A DNA stretch of 64,000 nucleotides from Bigelowiella natans CCMP2755. Lineage: Eukaryota; Protista; Cercozoa. Shown here in pieces: positions 61,259 through 64,000 of this stretch. Under the pieces are notes generated by a model, which was given only the letters and a program-made list of their open reading frames with translations, was not told where the DNA came from and made no database searches. The first letter of the stretch is position 1, and every line of letters starts with the position of its first letter. The stretch lies in the NCBI GenBank assembly GCA_000320545.1, contig ADNK01000550.1, positions 62,001-126,000 of the forward strand, written 5' to 3'. Made by a program: the position numbers and the translations under genes.

Positions 61259-61678
61259 ATGGCAACGATTTTAAGTCCCATCACAAATTTTTTCGGAGGT
61301 CTCATCCCAACCAGCTTCCTTGCGAGCAGCAGCGGCGGGGTTGTGCAGAACGTGGTCGTTTTCGGGGTTGTCGCACTAGTTGCCGTCATTGCACTAAATT
61401 TCTTCGGAGTCAACTCCCTTTTTGGGCAAGACATCAGCCTTCTTAGTGATGTCGAGGCCTTGTTCGTCGGCGGGGGGAGTGGCATGGGCAGCGGAATGGC
61501 GACATCGAGCTCCGGGACGGCAAAAGCCGAGCCTTTCATCGCTGACAAAGGGCAAACTAGCATCACAAACAGCACTTTGGCAGCTTTCGAGCCGGAAATG
61601 AACGACCTTCCATACAAATTCGACACCTACAGCCTGAACGAGGAGGCAAGGACGTTCCCGTACGATGGCCCCAAGTAA
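61259..61678 (+). CDS. Single-pass membrane protein upstream of the capsid gene
   Basis: VVVFGVVALVAVIALNFFGV. Confidence 0.7.
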   Translation: MATILSPITNFFGGLIPTSFLASSSGGVVQNVVVFGVVALVAVIALNFFGVNSLFGQDISLLSDVEALFVGGGSGMGSGMATSSSGTAKAEPFIADKGQTSITNSTLAAFEPEMNDLPYKFDTYSLNEEARTFPYDGPK

Positions 61679-61909
61679 AGCTCACCAATTTGCACACAAT
61701 CATGGGGTTTTTAGGACTCTAATCCAATTTTTTTCTAGATTGTGCGCCCTTTGAAACGCGACATCCAAAAACACTCAAAAAAAAATTAGCATTTCGTACT
61801 TCCTGCTCTCCTTGGTGTTTCTGACATATCGATATACAAATCGCACACGTACTACTACGTCGAATCACAGCAATTGTTGCAAAAGTATCTCATCCACTTT
61901 TAAGTCACC

Positions 61910-63220
61910 ATGTCCGGATCAATGACACAGCTCGCAGCTCAAGGACAGCAGTCCAGTGCTGTCACGGGGATGGACTACACCCCTTTCAAAACCGTGGTTC
62001 GTAGGGTTACCGCTTTCAGCACCGAACCCAAAGTTGTTCAGTTCAACGGGACCACCGATTTCAACAAAGTTGCCCAATGCCACATCCCACGTACCGCTGA
62101 TCTTCTTTCCAAGATTTGGTTGGTCATAGAGACGGATCCTATTTCCGAGACCACACACAGCACCGGTGACATGAAGCACTACAAGGCGGTTGAAGATGTG
62201 GCCCGCGGTATGATCGAGTACATCACCCTCGAGGCTGGCTCGATCACTTACCAGACGATCTACCCTGAGTGGCTTGTCATCAAGGAGGAACTCAGTACGA
62301 CAAGCGAAAAAATTGACCTGGATCTCACTGGCAAACCTGATCGAAATACGGGTACATCACAAGCAGCCAGGTTTAGGGAGCTGCCTTACAAGAAAAATCG
62401 CTTCTATGTGCAGATCCCATTCTGGTTCTCCCGCACGTATGGTCACGCTCTTCCCATTGTGAACCTTCATCTTACCGAGATTACCATTAAAATCAAAATG
62501 AAGGCTAAAACTGACGTCATTATTAGCAACGCCGGTGTAGGAACTGGAGAATTTACTAATGGACTAACTGGTTCTTCCAAAGCTCCTGGAACGCCTGCCG
62601 CATTGAGCAGCAGCGACTTTGCGATCAACCAGATGTACCTCCTCGGCGAGTACATCTATCTTTCCGACAACGAACGTACCAGCTTTGCAACCAACCAGCA
62701 CGCTTACCTCATCGAGCAAGTTCAAACTCACACGGAGACCATTGCAGCAAATTCTACTTCGCACGTCGCTAAGCTTCAATTCAATCATCCGTGCAAGGCG
62801 TTCTACTGGTACGGGATTAAGAAAGACAACAAGGATGCTAAGAATTGGCTCGACTGGTCTGGTTACGAAGACGGAAAGACAGGTTTTGCGCCAGCAAACT
62901 CACTTTTTGAAACTGCAAAGATCTCACTCAACAACAACACCCGTGTTATGGCTTTGGGACCTAAGTATTACGGAACTATTCAACCACAGCAACACCACAC
63001 CAGGATCCCTACCTGCAATGTGTACATGTACTCTTTCGCTCTTGCGCCCGAGAACGTGCAGCCAAGTGGTAACCTGAACTGTAGCCGCATCGAGACTATC
63101 TCCCTCGAGCTCAAATTCTCCACATCATTCGATAAAACAATTGATCTTACCGTCATCGCCGAAAACTACAACATTGTACGAATCGGTAACGGCATCTCCA
63201 TGCTTTCTTGGGCATCTTAA
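61910..63220 (+). CDS. MCP: NCLDV major capsid protein (double jelly-roll)
   Basis: PFKTVVRRVTAFSTE, IPRTADLL, IPFWF..ALP, YLIEQVQ, FNHPCK, YMYSFAL.PE..QPSG.LNCSRI, NYNIVRI.NG. Confidence 0.95.
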   Translation: MSGSMTQLAAQGQQSSAVTGMDYTPFKTVVRRVTAFSTEPKVVQFNGTTDFNKVAQCHIPRTADLLSKIWLVIETDPISETTHSTGDMKHYKAVEDVARGMIEYITLEAGSITYQTIYPEWLVIKEELSTTSEKIDLDLTGKPDRNTGTSQAARFRELPYKKNRFYVQIPFWFSRTYGHALPIVNLHLTEITIKIKMKAKTDVIISNAGVGTGEFTNGLTGSSKAPGTPAALSSSDFAINQMYLLGEYIYLSDNERTSFATNQHAYLIEQVQTHTETIAANSTSHVAKLQFNHPCKAFYWYGIKKDNKDAKNWLDWSGYEDGKTGFAPANSLFETAKISLNNNTRVMALGPKYYGTIQPQQHHTRIPTCNVYMYSFALAPENVQPSGNLNCSRIETISLELKFSTSFDKTIDLTVIAENYNIVRIGNGISMLSWAS

Positions 63221-63360
63221 ATGTGTGAATTTTTTCGTAATATTATTTGTGTTGTGTGCATGTCAAGGCACAATTAAATAATTCAATGTGTAGTTACAAG
63301 CGTCTTAGGTTGTCATCATGTGCAATTCAAAACGTGTAGTCTTTTTCCATGACAAATGCA

Positions 63361-63999
63361 TCAATGTGATGCGCGATCCACGACCGGGGTCGCACTCTTC
63401 GCCCATCGCGACATTGCAACATCGTCTTCGGAGTCGCTTTCATAGTCTTCCCCTCCCGTGTTTTCTTCTGGTAAATGTGAATCTTCACATCGTGTCATGT
63501 TCAAACTTCGATTAAAAATTCGACCGCAGACAGTGCAAGGATGCAACGATTCTAAGTGCCGTTGATGTGATTGCAAATGTTTGTGTAGGCGCTTGTGCCG
63601 CACATATGATTGGGAGTGTGGTTTGTGGTTCTTCGCAAGAAGATGCGCTCCGAGTGTGTCATAAAGTGCGTTGCGCTTTTTCCGCTCACAGATTGCTTTG
63701 GCGTTCTTTGAATTTCCTTCTGGTTTGATGCATGCGCCGCATTTGCAGCGTCTGCAATCTGTTCGTGCCGAGTGCCGCCAGAACAGCAAAAGGCGTTCCA
63801 TTTGTATGTCGGGGTGCTTTTCCACGTCACGAAAGGCCACGTGGGTTCCATACAGAGCGGTGGCTGTCTGAGCATCAGCAGCAACAAACCCCGCATCGTG
63901 CTCATGACGGTGCAAATCAGACGCGTTCACGAATCGCAGGCCGCACAATTTGCATTCGAATGCGCGGTTAAATCTTGGGTTGTATGAGTTTCGAGAGGA
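63361..63999 (-). CDS. C2H2 zinc-finger protein, 5'-truncated
   Basis: Frame is open to the window edge; FECKLCGLRF..LHRHEH and HPCTVCGRIF..CEDSH. Confidence 0.7.
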   Translation of the reverse strand, partial: SSRNSYNPRFNRAFECKLCGLRFVNASDLHRHEHDAGFVAADAQTATALYGTHVAFRDVEKHPDIQMERLLLFWRHSARTDCRRCKCGACIKPEGNSKNAKAICERKKRNALYDTLGAHLLAKNHKPHSQSYVRHKRLHKHLQSHQRHLESLHPCTVCGRIFNRSLNMTRCEDSHLPEENTGGEDYESDSEDDVAMSRWAKSATPVVDRASH

Positions 64000-64000
64000 C

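Overview
Gene-dense fragment of a giant DNA virus (Nucleocytoviricota). Hallmark genes are a double-jelly-roll major capsid protein, an A32-type packaging ATPase, a D6/D11-like SF2 helicase, an enlarged PCNA, a YqaJ exonuclease, a probable OB-fold ssDNA-binding protein and an Erv1/Alr domain inside a ~1,280-aa protein. Accessory genes cover ubiquitin (F-box, U-box, two OTU-like, A20/AN1, RING-like) and chromatin-type functions (single and tandem SET, GNAT, RS-rich basic protein), plus Mpv17/PMP22 and a tyrosine-recombinase-fold enzyme. Main observations: (1) the packaging ATPase ends in a canonical PIP box and lies tail-to-tail with PCNA; (2) non-coding DNA holds a perfect 40-bp palindrome, a 139-bp-arm inverted repeat, ~308-bp tandem repeats and a dispersed ~63-bp element; (3) E2F-like sites recur in these elements and one protein has an LxCxE+acidic motif; (4) an A+T7-10 tract precedes many genes on the coding strand. 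All calls come from reading motifs by eye; no searches were run. Many starts were moved from GTG/TTG to the first plausible ATG.
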